In this document: one piece after another, positions 1 through 9,022 of the stretch
How positions within the stretch are numbered: the stretch's first letter is position 1
Layout: the number at the start of each line of letters is the position of its first letter
From: Eubacteriales bacterium
GTDB lineage: Bacteria; Bacillota; Clostridia; Oscillospirales; CAG-272
Direction: 5' to 3'
DNA length: 49,558 nucleotides
Assembly: GCA_045648605.1 (NCBI GenBank)
Contig: JAZROG010000034.1
Coordinates: 1 to 49,558, forward strand
The notes under the pieces: model-generated
The model's input: only the letters and a program-made list of their open reading frames with translations
Database searches by the model: none
What the model was told of the DNA's origin: nothing
Translations under genes and position numbers: made by a program

Positions 1-221
1 ACCGCAACAAGCTCACCAAGGTGAGATGCAGCCGCACTTCCTGCCTCTGTTGCCGCCTTAACCGCGCCAACATCGCCTCTTACCATAACGGATACAAGTC
101 CGCTACCGATCTTCTCTGTACCAATGAGAGTTACATTTGCAGCCTTAACCATTGCGTCAGCCGCCTCGATTGCCGCAACAAGACCTCTTGTCTCTACCAT
201 TCCAAGTGCTTCAAGTGCCAT
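1..221 (-). CDS. BMC-H shell protein (PduA/EutM-like), truncated by window edge
   Basis: Not in ORF track. Manual translation from ATG at 221 gives [61 protein letters not shown]..., nearly identical to 633-908; AGGAGA RBS upstream. Confidence 0.95.
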   Translation of the reverse strand, partial: MALEALGMVETRGLVAAIEAADAMVKAANVTLIGTEKIGSGLVSVMVRGDVGAVKAATEAGSAAASHLGELVA

Positions 222-223
222 GA

Positions 224-616
224 TTATTTATCTCCTTTTTTAGTTTTTACTGTTTTTTTAGCCGTCGCAGGCTTTTTTACTTCTTCTTTTTGAAGTTTTT
301 CCGCCTTTTCCTCTGCCTCTGTCTCGTTCTCTGCTTTCTTTATTCTCGAAGCCGAAAGCTCAACAAGACGAACAAGCTCGGGATGGGGATTTGCTATAAC
401 TGCGTGTGCCACAGGCTTTTTTATGCAGGATGCGCAGGCATTTTCTATTGCCGCATTTACTGCAGAAACGCTTCCCTCTATCATAAGGGTAACAAGTCTG
501 CCGCCCAGCTTTCGCTCCCAGGAAACGAGAGTTACATCCGCGCTCTTGCACATAATGTCAAGGGCATCTATTGCCGCTGTTACGCCACTAACCTCAACAA
601 ATCCAAGTGATCTCAT
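224..616 (-). CDS. BMC shell protein with charged C-terminal tail
   Basis: BMC domain ([25 protein letters not shown]...[11 protein letters not shown]...VIANPH) plus a Lys/Glu-rich tail. Confidence 0.9.
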   Translation of the reverse strand: MRSLGFVEVSGVTAAIDALDIMCKSADVTLVSWERKLGGRLVTLMIEGSVSAVNAAIENACASCIKKPVAHAVIANPHPELVRLVELSASRIKKAENETEAEEKAEKLQKEEVKKPATAKKTVKTKKGDK

Positions 617-632
617 ATTTTCCTCTTAAAAA

Positions 633-908
633 TCAGAGAGTGGGAAGGATCTTCTCAACATCTGCATGAGGACGGGGGATCACATGAACCGCAACAAGCT
701 CTCCAAGGCGAGATGCCGCCGAGCTTCCTGCCTCTGTTGCCGCCTTAACTGCGCCAACATCACCTCTTACCATAACGGATACGAGTCCGCTACCGATCTT
801 TTCTGTACCAATAAGAGTTACCTCTGCAGCTTTCACCATTGCGTCTGCCGCCTCGATTGCCGCAACAAGTCCTCTTGTTTCTATCATTCCAAGTGCTTCC
901 ATTGCCAT
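633..908 (-). CDS. BMC-H shell protein (PduA/EutM-like)
   Basis: Canonical [24 protein letters not shown]...[10 protein letters not shown]...HVIPRPH. Confidence 0.97.
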   Translation of the reverse strand: MAMEALGMIETRGLVAAIEAADAMVKAAEVTLIGTEKIGSGLVSVMVRGDVGAVKAATEAGSSAASRLGELVAVHVIPRPHADVEKILPTL

Positions 909-926
909 GTTTTTAATTTCCTTTCG

Positions 927-1241
927 TTAATTTTTATCAAATGCGTTTAATTTGAGCATCTTTTCGGTGGAGTCCTCTGTATTTGCAATGATATGCTTTG
1001 TGATAACTCCCGAAACCGCCTTTGCAGCCTGCTCTGCTGCGTCAACTGCCGCGCTTACCGCATCGACGCTTCCTCTGAATTTCACCGCAACTATCAGCGG
1101 AACGGGGAGCGCATCTGCATTGCCCGGCTTATTTTTATCGAGTGTTTCAACGGTAACGTTTGCCGCCTTGCAGCCCGCATCAACTGCGACCATTGCTGCG
1201 GTCAGTCCAAAAACCTCGATTATTCCAACTGCTTTTCCCAT
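927..1241 (-). CDS. BMC domain shell protein
   Basis: AVGIIEVFGLTAAMVAVDAGCKAANV...RGSVDAVSAAV; start placed at MGKAV after AAAGGGTG RBS. Confidence 0.88.
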   Translation of the reverse strand: MGKAVGIIEVFGLTAAMVAVDAGCKAANVTVETLDKNKPGNADALPVPLIVAVKFRGSVDAVSAAVDAAEQAAKAVSGVITKHIIANTEDSTEKMLKLNAFDKN

Positions 1242-1255
1242 TTTGTCACCCTTTA

Positions 1256-2467
1256 TCATTCATTTACGATGGCAATCTTGAGACCTTCCATTTTCAGGTT
1301 GGTTTCAAGCGCCTCGTTGATCTTTTCGAGGGGATATTTATGAGTTATCAGCTTTTCAAGCGGAAGTCCTATTGCCTTTGCACGCTTGAGGAAATCAAAT
1401 GTTGTAACATAATCGCGAAGAGTATATACCCAAGAGCCGACAGTTGTGATCTCCTTTGAGCAGATATCAAAATGAGGATTGATGGTGGCATCTCCACCGT
1501 TTATAAAGAATCCAAGCTCGCAAAGTCCGCCGCCGTTGCGGATGAACTTATAGATATTTGCATGAGCTATGGGAGAGCCTGTACACTGGAAGGCGAAATC
1601 TGCAAGATAACCGCCAAAAGCGTTCTTGACAGCGTCCGTAAGTGCCTCGATCCCCTTATGATCCTTGAAATTAACAGTTGCATTTGCACCCATGAGCTTT
1701 GCAAATTCAAGTCTCTTTGCCTCACCGTCAACGGCAACGATATTTTCCGTTCCCATTGCACGGAGAACCGCAATACAGATAAGACCGATAGGACCGCATC
1801 CCTGAACCACAACTCTGGAGTTGAAGCGGAGGATTCCCGTGGTCTTTGCTCTTTCAACCGCGTGAATAAGCACTGCGGAAGGCTCTATAAGTATTCTTGA
1901 ATCAAGGTCAAGATCGCTTACATTAAAGATTGTGGAGCCGCCTCTTACGAGTATGTAATCCGCAAACCAGCCGTTAAGCTTTTTATCATCGTCGGGAAGC
2001 AGACCGTAAACATCCGCACCGCCAACATTCTGTTTGTTAAGGTCGAACATTGTGATATCGGGATTGTCCTTAAAGATCATGCAGGTAACGACCTTGTCGC
2101 CAACGCCGAGAGGCTTGCCCGCGCTGTCCTTTTTAACATTTTTACCGACCTTTACAACCTCGCCCGTTCCCTCATGACCGAGAACAACGGGGATAAGAGA
2201 AAATGGATCTCTCTTAAATTCGTGAGCATCAGTTCCGCAAACACCGCATCCCTCAACCTTAACGAGAATATCATCATCGCCAAGCTCGGGAATCGGATGC
2301 TCCTCGATATCAAAATGCTCAAGCTTTGTCAGCATTGCAACTCTGCTTTTTTCGGGAATGCTTCCGCCAAAAGCAGTAGAAGAGCTTTTGGGTGCAGAAG
2401 CATCATTTCCGATATTCTCGAGCACCTGCCTGACAATTTTTTCAATATCAGTGGACTTGATATCCAT
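1256..2467 (-). CDS. Zinc-dependent (MDR) alcohol dehydrogenase with N-terminal encapsulation peptide
   Basis: CGVCGTD and GHEGTGEV catalytic Zn motifs, GCGPIG Rossmann motif; N-terminal amphipathic helix DIEKIVRQVLENIG followed by a linker. Confidence 0.92.
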   Translation of the reverse strand: MDIKSTDIEKIVRQVLENIGNDASAPKSSSTAFGGSIPEKSRVAMLTKLEHFDIEEHPIPELGDDDILVKVEGCGVCGTDAHEFKRDPFSLIPVVLGHEGTGEVVKVGKNVKKDSAGKPLGVGDKVVTCMIFKDNPDITMFDLNKQNVGGADVYGLLPDDDKKLNGWFADYILVRGGSTIFNVSDLDLDSRILIEPSAVLIHAVERAKTTGILRFNSRVVVQGCGPIGLICIAVLRAMGTENIVAVDGEAKRLEFAKLMGANATVNFKDHKGIEALTDAVKNAFGGYLADFAFQCTGSPIAHANIYKFIRNGGGLCELGFFINGGDATINPHFDICSKEITTVGSWVYTLRDYVTTFDFLKRAKAIGLPLEKLITHKYPLEKINEALETNLKMEGLKIAIVNE

Positions 2468-2481
2468 TTTTATTTCCTTTC

Positions 2482-2955
2482 TTACATTTGAGTTTCTAAA
2501 TACTGCGCTCCGTATGCCGAAAGTGCCGTATCCTGTTCCTCGGTGCCTCCGCTAACGCCAAGACCACCGATTATTTTACCGTTTTCTCCATAAAGGGGAT
2601 CACCGCCGCCGAAGATCACTATCTTACCGCCATTGGTAAACTGAATTCCGTAAAGGCTTCCACCCGGCTTTGCAAGAGTCGAAAGCTTTTTGGTGGTCAT
2701 TTTAAGTGCCACAACGGTATATGCTTTTCCGAGAGCCACATCATAGCTTGCAATATAGGCATCATCCATGCTCTTGACAAGCCTTGGATTTCCCGCACCG
2801 TCCGAAATGCACACAACAGCCTTCACGCCCATTCGTACAGCTTCATCAAGCACTGCGTCGCAGAGCCTTTCGGCAAGCGAAAGTGTCATTTCCTTTTTTC
2901 CTTTAAGAGCCGAAACGGTATTTTCAACAATTTTTCTTATTTCCGCCTCATTCAT
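2482..2955 (-). CDS. GlcG/HbpS/PduO-C-terminal-like heme-binding protein with N-terminal encapsulation peptide
   Basis: MDDA..ASYDVALGKAYT and IIGGLGVSGGTEEQD motifs; N-terminal EIRKIVENTVSAL helix. Confidence 0.88.
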   Translation of the reverse strand: MNEAEIRKIVENTVSALKGKKEMTLSLAERLCDAVLDEAVRMGVKAVVCISDGAGNPRLVKSMDDAYIASYDVALGKAYTVVALKMTTKKLSTLAKPGGSLYGIQFTNGGKIVIFGGGDPLYGENGKIIGGLGVSGGTEEQDTALSAYGAQYLETQM

Positions 2956-2964
2956 AGAGCAAAA

Positions 2965-3759
2965 TTATTTGCCAAGCTGCTCAAGAACAAGCTTTGTTAT
3001 CATTGCAACGGTATCAGCATCAGCACCGCCGTGAGAGCAAGAGCCACCGCAGCCGTGACAGCTGGGCTTGCCTGCCTTTGCATTGGGGCAAACATCTGCA
3101 GGGTGCTTACCCTTAAGACCGAACTGACGGCGAATTTCGTAAAGTCTCTGAACCTGAGAATCTGTGAGCTGCTTGGGACCGCCGAGCATCTTTGACTGGT
3201 AAAGAAGCTGTGCATAGAATTCAAGGGATTCCATCTTGTGATAAGCATTGAGAAGATTATCAGAGAAGGAAAGCGCGCCGTGGTTTGCAAGAAGAACTGC
3301 ATCATAATGCTGCAGATACTTTGAAACAGCATCCGGAATTTCTTCTGTTGAAGGTGTTCCGTATTCAGCTATCGGAACGCATCCGAGAGCGATAACAGCC
3401 TCGGGCATGATAGGCTCTGTAAGCGGAATGCCCGCAATAGCGAAGGATGTTGCATAGAGAGGATGTGCATGAACAACGGAATTCACATCGGGTCTCTCCT
3501 TATAAACTCTCATGTGCATCTTGATCTCAGAAGAAGGCTTGAAGCCTGCATTTGCCTGAATGACCTTACCGTCTCTGTCAACCTTGCAGATGTATTCGGG
3601 AGTCATGAAGCCCTTTGATACACCTGTGGGTGTGCAGAGAAATTCGTTGTCATTCAGCTTAACGGAAATGTTACCGTCATTTGAAGCAACCATTCCCTTT
3701 GCGTAGATACGCTTACCAATTTCGCATATCTGTTTTTTGATTTCAAACTCGTTTACCAT
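2965..3759 (-). CDS. Class II aldolase (fuculose/rhamnulose-1-phosphate aldolase-like), BMC-associated
   Basis: GNIS, TPTGVSKG, PSSEIKMH, VVHAHP and LLANHG motifs; C-terminal peptide TVAMITKLVLEQLGK. Confidence 0.93.
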   Translation of the reverse strand: MVNEFEIKKQICEIGKRIYAKGMVASNDGNISVKLNDNEFLCTPTGVSKGFMTPEYICKVDRDGKVIQANAGFKPSSEIKMHMRVYKERPDVNSVVHAHPLYATSFAIAGIPLTEPIMPEAVIALGCVPIAEYGTPSTEEIPDAVSKYLQHYDAVLLANHGALSFSDNLLNAYHKMESLEFYAQLLYQSKMLGGPKQLTDSQVQRLYEIRRQFGLKGKHPADVCPNAKAGKPSCHGCGGSCSHGGADADTVAMITKLVLEQLGK

Positions 3760-3790
3760 TTTTTGTTCTCCTTGTTTTTTATGTAAAATT

Positions 3791-4210
3791 TTATTTTTTT
3801 AAATAATTAAAGACTTCATCAATGCCCTCATTTGTTTTGGAATTGACGAAAAATATTTTTTTGCATCCCGCAAGACGAAGCCAATTTTCGGCTCTTTGGG
3901 GGTCTGCTTTATCGATTTTTGTGACGATTCCAAAGCTTTCCCTATTGACCATTGAGGTACAGAGCGGTGGAAAGAGCGAATAATCATCGTCTGCCGAAAT
4001 GAGAAGCGCAACTATATCCGCTTCATAGGCATAAATTGCAAGCGCCGCACCGAGACCATGGACCTCGGCATATTCCCCCGGCGAATCTATAAGCCAATCA
4101 CCGTAATCCATATACTGTGTTTTGTGATAGCTTATCTTCTCGCCCTTAAGTGCTTGCTTCAAAGTCGTTTTCCCAACTCCGTGCCTGCCTACGAGAAGTG
4201 TTTTCTTCAT
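3791..4210 (-). CDS. EutP/PduV family microcompartment GTPase-like protein
   Basis: GRHGVGKTTL P-loop, YHKTQ, IDSPGEY, TKID; start chosen at MKKTLLVG, overlapping the upstream stop (TAATG). Confidence 0.92.
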   Translation of the reverse strand: MKKTLLVGRHGVGKTTLKQALKGEKISYHKTQYMDYGDWLIDSPGEYAEVHGLGAALAIYAYEADIVALLISADDDYSLFPPLCTSMVNRESFGIVTKIDKADPQRAENWLRLAGCKKIFFVNSKTNEGIDEVFNYLKK

Positions 4211-4560
4211 TATGTTTTTGTCAGCTGACATACTGTAAATCCAAGCGTTTCCTCGGCATATGAGGTTATGGCAACCATCGAGGCCTCAACCTCGGAATAG
4301 CTTCCGGTTATTATCACGGTTCCGCTGAACCTATCAACAAATCCAAGCTGTGCGCCCGATGCCTTGATGGCAATATCTCCTGCGATTATTGCGGTCTCTG
4401 CAGGGCTGAGTGTCAAAATTCCGATAGCCGATCTTGAATATTCAACTGCGGGATCAAGACCGAGCTTTTTATATAAAATTTCATCGGGATTTGCTATGAT
4501 GTGGGCAAGGGTTATCTGCTTACCCGGCACAAGCTCCTGAATTATTCTTTGCTTTTCCAT
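4210..4560 (-). CDS. EutS/PduU-type permuted BMC shell protein
   Basis: RIIQELVPGKQITLAHIIANP...AIGILTLSPAETAIIAGDIAIK...FVDRFSG. Confidence 0.93.
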   Translation of the reverse strand: MEKQRIIQELVPGKQITLAHIIANPDEILYKKLGLDPAVEYSRSAIGILTLSPAETAIIAGDIAIKASGAQLGFVDRFSGTVIITGSYSEVEASMVAITSYAEETLGFTVCQLTKT

Positions 4561-4570
4561 TTTTCCTTTT

Positions 4571-5374
4571 TCAGCCTCCGATCTTGCATGTAAGGCCACA
4601 TTTCTCTGCAGCCATCAGCAGCTTTTCCATCTTTTCTCTCTCGGGAGGTCTTATATGCTCCATTTTGTATTTTCTGCCAAGTCCCGCATATTTGTCGGAA
4701 CCTATTCTGTGATATGGGAGCAAATGAATCTGACCCACCCCGATATCACGGGCAAATTTTGCAATATCTCTTATTTCTTCCTCGGTGTCATTAAAGGTTG
4801 GCACAACGGGAACTCTTATTATCAGATGCTTTGCCTCTTTCGCTATCATTTTTGCGTTTTCGAGGATAAGCGAATTGTCCTGCGAGGTAAATTCCTTATG
4901 CTTTTCGCCGTTCATATGCTTTATGTCCATAAGAACAGTGTCAACATATGGCAAAAGTCTTTTTATGACCTCGGCCTTTGCAAATCCGGTGGTCTCGATG
5001 GCGGTGGAAATCCCCTTTTCCCGCGCAAGCGCCAGAAGCGCCTCGGAAAAATCAGGCTGCATAAGACATTCTCCGCCCGAAAGGGTAAGTCCCCCTCCGC
5101 CCGAGCGTCTGTAATAGACTCTGTCTCGCTCCACCTCTTCGATTATCTCTCCTGCCGTCCTGTCCTCTCCAACGTTTTTGATAACTCCGGCAGTATTTAT
5201 CTGCTCAAAATCATATGATTGAGATTCGGGATTACAGCACCAAGCGCACCTTAGCGGACAGCCTTTAAGAAAGACAATGGTTCGCACACCCGGTCCGTCA
5301 TGAAGCGAAAAGCGCTGTATATTAAATATTCTGCCCTTGACGCATGATAACGCCTGCGTGTTTTCCATTTTCAT
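4571..5374 (-). CDS. Glycyl-radical enzyme activating protein (radical SAM)
   Basis: IFNIQRFSLHDGPGVRT, CPLRCAWC (CX3CX2C), SGGECLMQ, LLPYH. Confidence 0.96.
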   Translation of the reverse strand: MKMENTQALSCVKGRIFNIQRFSLHDGPGVRTIVFLKGCPLRCAWCCNPESQSYDFEQINTAGVIKNVGEDRTAGEIIEEVERDRVYYRRSGGGGLTLSGGECLMQPDFSEALLALAREKGISTAIETTGFAKAEVIKRLLPYVDTVLMDIKHMNGEKHKEFTSQDNSLILENAKMIAKEAKHLIIRVPVVPTFNDTEEEIRDIAKFARDIGVGQIHLLPYHRIGSDKYAGLGRKYKMEHIRPPEREKMEKLLMAAEKCGLTCKIGG

Positions 5375-5391
5375 ATCCTTTCTTTAAACAA

Positions 5392-7917
5392 TCAAAATCC
5401 CTGTTGCTCTGTTCTGTTGATGATATCCTCCTGAAGTCCCTTTGAAAGAGTAGTGAACAGTGCTGAATATCCCGCAACACGAACCACGAGTGACTTGTAT
5501 TTTTCGGGATTCTTCTGTGCATCACGAAGCGTCTCGCGGCTGACAACATTAAACTGCATATGGCTTCCTTTTCTGTCAAAATAACCTCTGATAAGTGCCA
5601 CAAAGCTTTCAAGACCGCTCCGTCCGCTGAGTGCGGATGGGTGGAATTTCATATTGAAAAGTGTTCCGTTCGAAGCAATATAGTGGTCAAGGCAGGAAAC
5701 CGAATTTGCCGCCGCGGTCGGACCCTTTATATCTCTTCCTGCAGCAGGTGAAACACCGTCTGCAATGGGTGTATAAGCAAGTCTGCCATCGGGAGTTGCG
5801 CCTGTCTGCGCACCGAGCGGCACATTTGCCGAAACGGGATAAAGTCCCGCCTGATACATTCCGCCTCTGGGATTCTTATATCTTTCAAGGGGCTTTGTAT
5901 ATGTATAAGCCACCTCGCGAGCGAACATATCCACCTCGTCATCATCGTTTCCGAATTTCGTCAGCGAAGCGATGTCCGAAAGCAGCTCTTCATATTTTTT
6001 CTTGTCCTCTGCCGAGGCATCATTTCTCTTAACTGTGAGATATACCGTCTTTATATCATCTGCGGTAGGCTCTTTTCCGCTAATGAGAAGGCTCTTTATT
6101 ATGTCCTCTGTGAGCTTGGTTGCCATAGAAGCATCCATATCCATACCGTAATTGTCTTCAAGTGCCTTTTTCCAGAAGGAAAGAGTATATTTTTTGTCCT
6201 CGAAAACAAGCTTTCTTACCGCATAGAGTGCGTCGGTAACATTTGCGATTCCAAATCCCTGTGGGCCTGTGAAATTATATACCGCGCCGCCCTCCTGAAG
6301 GCTCTTTCCTCTGCCGATGCAATCCTCAACCATCGAGGACTGGAACGGAAGCGGACATCTCTCTGCGTGAGCAAGATCAATGGCATTATCCGCATTCACC
6401 ATAAGCTCGATGAAATATTCCATCTGCTTCTTGTATGCGTCCTCAAATTCCTCATAGGACTTCATAGCCGAAACATCCATGGTTTCGGGGCCTATCTGAA
6501 CTCCCTTGTCTTTACCGCCCGAGAAAACCATTTCAAGGGGTCTGCACATATTGAAGAACGCCGCGTCGTGCCAACCGTCGGTCTTTGCCGCCTTTTGCGG
6601 CTCAACGCATCCTATTATATTATAATCTCTCGCATCCTCGAGGGTAAGTCCTCTGCTCTGGAGAGACGGGATTATGACCTCATCATTGTAATAAGCGGGG
6701 AAACCGATTCCCGTTCTTGTAAGCTCTGCCGCCCTTATCAGAAATTCGTGGGGCGAGCCGTTCCAAACTCTCACCGAGAAGGAGGGCTGGGGCAAAAATA
6801 CGTGCTCTGTTGCCGTTATCGCCATAAATGAAAGATCATTTGTGGCATCTCTGCCGTATTTATCCTGACCACCAACTATAAGGTTCTGGAAAAGGCTGTA
6901 TCCAGCAAAGCCCTCTGCCGAGGCAGCATCGCGGACCTTATTAAGATCATTAAGCTTTACCCAAATGCAATCTATAAGCTCCTGCGCTTGCTCGCGCGTG
7001 AGCTTGCCGCTGTCAATATCCTTTTTATAATAAGGATACATATATTGGTCAAATCTTCCGGGGGATATTGAATGTCCGCTGGATTCTATCTGCAAAAGCA
7101 TCTGAACAAACCAGAATGACTGGCAAGCCTCGCTGAAGCTCTGTGCGCCAAGTCTCGGAACTCTTGCGCAGACCGCAGAAATTTCTTCAAGCTCCTTTTT
7201 TCTGCCGAAATCGGATGTGGTCTTTGCCATACTGCTCGCAAGAGCGCTGTATCTCTCTGCGTACTTTATCGCCGCCTCGCAGCTCATTATAACAGCATCA
7301 AGGAAATGGGTGCGCTTAGCAAAATCCGCATCGCCTTGACTCAGCTTCGCCTTCTCCGCCTTCGCTTCGGCAATTATTCCGCTATATCCAATCTCAAGGA
7401 CCTTCTTATAATCCACCGTCAGATGTCCGATTCCGTTATAAAAATAATTTCCGGGAGTGAACATTCCGTGTTCAATGGCGTTTTTCGCCTCATCCGACAT
7501 ATATGAGGTCGCAAGAGAGCTTGTGGTTTTTCCCTTCCAATACTTATATACTTCCGTGAGTGTGGCTTTTGTTTCGTCGGAAATATAGAACGGGTCGGCA
7601 CTTCTGTGCTCAACGGTATCAAATTCATCCATCAGCCACTCAAAGGAATATTCGGGAAAGACCTGACAGCTTCTGGGTGCTTTTGTTGCCGCACCGACTA
7701 TAAGCTCATTTTCTCTTATAGTTATCGGAATATGCTCGAGAATATGGGCAAATGCCTTTGCGCGCCTTGTGATTATCGGCTCTCCCTCGGTCGCTTTATA
7801 AGACTCGGTAAGAAGCACTGCTCTATCTGCCTCGATCTGCGGCATTTTTTCATAGAGAGAATCCACAAGAAGCGGTATTCTCGGAGATCTTTCAATTGGA
7901 GCTGCAAAGAACTTCAT
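5392..7917 (-). CDS. Glycyl radical enzyme, probable B12-independent 1,2-propanediol dehydratase
   Basis: 841 aa PFL-like fold with GCVEP Cys loop and RVAGYS glycyl loop; BMC locus with aldolase points to the GRM5 type. Substrate is inferred. Confidence 0.88.
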   Translation of the reverse strand: MKFFAAPIERSPRIPLLVDSLYEKMPQIEADRAVLLTESYKATEGEPIITRRAKAFAHILEHIPITIRENELIVGAATKAPRSCQVFPEYSFEWLMDEFDTVEHRSADPFYISDETKATLTEVYKYWKGKTTSSLATSYMSDEAKNAIEHGMFTPGNYFYNGIGHLTVDYKKVLEIGYSGIIAEAKAEKAKLSQGDADFAKRTHFLDAVIMSCEAAIKYAERYSALASSMAKTTSDFGRKKELEEISAVCARVPRLGAQSFSEACQSFWFVQMLLQIESSGHSISPGRFDQYMYPYYKKDIDSGKLTREQAQELIDCIWVKLNDLNKVRDAASAEGFAGYSLFQNLIVGGQDKYGRDATNDLSFMAITATEHVFLPQPSFSVRVWNGSPHEFLIRAAELTRTGIGFPAYYNDEVIIPSLQSRGLTLEDARDYNIIGCVEPQKAAKTDGWHDAAFFNMCRPLEMVFSGGKDKGVQIGPETMDVSAMKSYEEFEDAYKKQMEYFIELMVNADNAIDLAHAERCPLPFQSSMVEDCIGRGKSLQEGGAVYNFTGPQGFGIANVTDALYAVRKLVFEDKKYTLSFWKKALEDNYGMDMDASMATKLTEDIIKSLLISGKEPTADDIKTVYLTVKRNDASAEDKKKYEELLSDIASLTKFGNDDDEVDMFAREVAYTYTKPLERYKNPRGGMYQAGLYPVSANVPLGAQTGATPDGRLAYTPIADGVSPAAGRDIKGPTAAANSVSCLDHYIASNGTLFNMKFHPSALSGRSGLESFVALIRGYFDRKGSHMQFNVVSRETLRDAQKNPEKYKSLVVRVAGYSALFTTLSKGLQEDIINRTEQQGF

Positions 7918-8004
7918 GGATTTCTCCTTGTTTTTTATAAATTATAGGATCAAATTTCACCCCAAACGGATAAAATTTGGTTTTGTGATTATTTTTTCAC
8001 ATAC

Positions 8005-8033
8005 ATTTTACCATATTTATGTCCGTTTGTCAA
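8005..8033 (-). promoter_or_regulatory. sigmaA promoter of the microcompartment operon
   Basis: Minus strand TTGACA-17 bp-TAAAAT with extended TG. Confidence 0.75.
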
Positions 8034-8165
8034 TAGTTTTCTTCGTTTTTCTTGCCATAATGCAGAGTTTTTGTTTGTTTTATGTTGTTTTAGACGTGTA
8101 AAAACAACATTTTTATGTAAAATCATCTGCCGTAAAAGAAAAAATAAAAAATTTTCAAAAAACTA

Positions 8166-8194
8166 TTGACAAATAGGAAAAAGCGTGGTATAAT
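8166..8194 (+). promoter_or_regulatory. sigmaA promoter of rplJL
   Basis: TTGACA-17 bp-TATAAT with extended TG and an A-rich UP element. Confidence 0.85.
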
Positions 8195-8204
8195 ACCGCT
8201 GTTA

Positions 8205-8347
8205 TCCAAAGACAGCAGGTTTCCGTAAAGGCGGCATCATGCAGCTCTCCTGCCGAGGAACGATTTTATAACTTGAATATTTTTTGTTATGCAATCTTTC
8301 TTCGCGCGCTTTTTTGGGAGCAGCCTTTTCGGAGAAAGATTTTTTTA
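8205..8347 (+). ncRNA. L10 leader (ribosomal protein autoregulatory RNA)
   Basis: AAGACAGCAGG...CCTGCCGAGG core typical of the L10 leader, followed by a terminator-like hairpin with U-tract, directly upstream of rplJ. Confidence 0.8.
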
Positions 8348-8392
8348 TATTTATTGCTAAGTCTGAATTTTCACAATGGGAGGTGAAATGAA

Positions 8393-8923
8393 ATGCCCAG
8401 TAATGCAATACTCGAACAAAAGAAACAGACCGTAAGCGATCTGGCAGAGCTTCTCAAGAACTCTCCCGCGGGCGTACTCGTAAACTACAGCGGTATCACC
8501 GTTGAGGACGATACAAAGCTCCGTGCGGCTCTCAGAAAGGCCGGCGTTAAGTACATGGTCATGAAGAACACTCTCACAGGCAGAGCTTGTGACGAGGTAG
8601 GTCTTGGCGAAATGAAGCAGTACCTTACAGGTATGACAGCTATCGCTATCAGCGAATCCGATGCTGTTGCTCCCGCAAAGGTAATGAAGGAATACGCTGA
8701 GAAGATCGAATCCTTTGAGATTCTTGCAGGTTATCTCGATGGCGCGGTTGTTGACAAGAACACCGTTATCTCTCTCGCTGATATCCCCTCCAAGGAAGTC
8801 CTTATCGGAAAGGTACTTGGAAGTCTCCAGTCTCCTCTTTACGGACTGGCTTATGTTCTCCAGGGAAAGATCGACAAAGAAGGCGGCGAGGCTCCTGCAG
8901 AGGAAGCACCCGCAGAGGCTTAA
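8393..8923 (+). CDS. rplJ: 50S ribosomal protein L10
   Basis: VMKNTL motif, LADIPSKEVL, GGAGGT RBS, upstream of L7/L12. Confidence 0.98.
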   Translation: MPSNAILEQKKQTVSDLAELLKNSPAGVLVNYSGITVEDDTKLRAALRKAGVKYMVMKNTLTGRACDEVGLGEMKQYLTGMTAIAISESDAVAPAKVMKEYAEKIESFEILAGYLDGAVVDKNTVISLADIPSKEVLIGKVLGSLQSPLYGLAYVLQGKIDKEGGEAPAEEAPAEA

Positions 8924-9022
8924 TGTCTCACATTTTGGCGAATTGCCAAACAAAATGCGCATAAAATATTTGCGCGCAATCTAAATTTTAAAAATTATTA
9001 TTATTTTCGGAGGTAGATTAAA

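Noticed and set aside
7984-8001. Rex or CRP box
   Set aside because: TGTGA/TCACA spacing is 8 nt rather than the 6 nt of those consensus sites; kept only as an unassigned operator candidate.
8026-8173. Perfect 15-bp inverted repeat TTTGTCAATAGTTTT / AAAACTATTGACAAA as an invertible switch
   Set aside because: The arms are simply the -35 regions of two divergent sigmaA promoters. (C)TATTGACA recurs at other promoters here (holB, abrB, scfA), and no recombinase is nearby.
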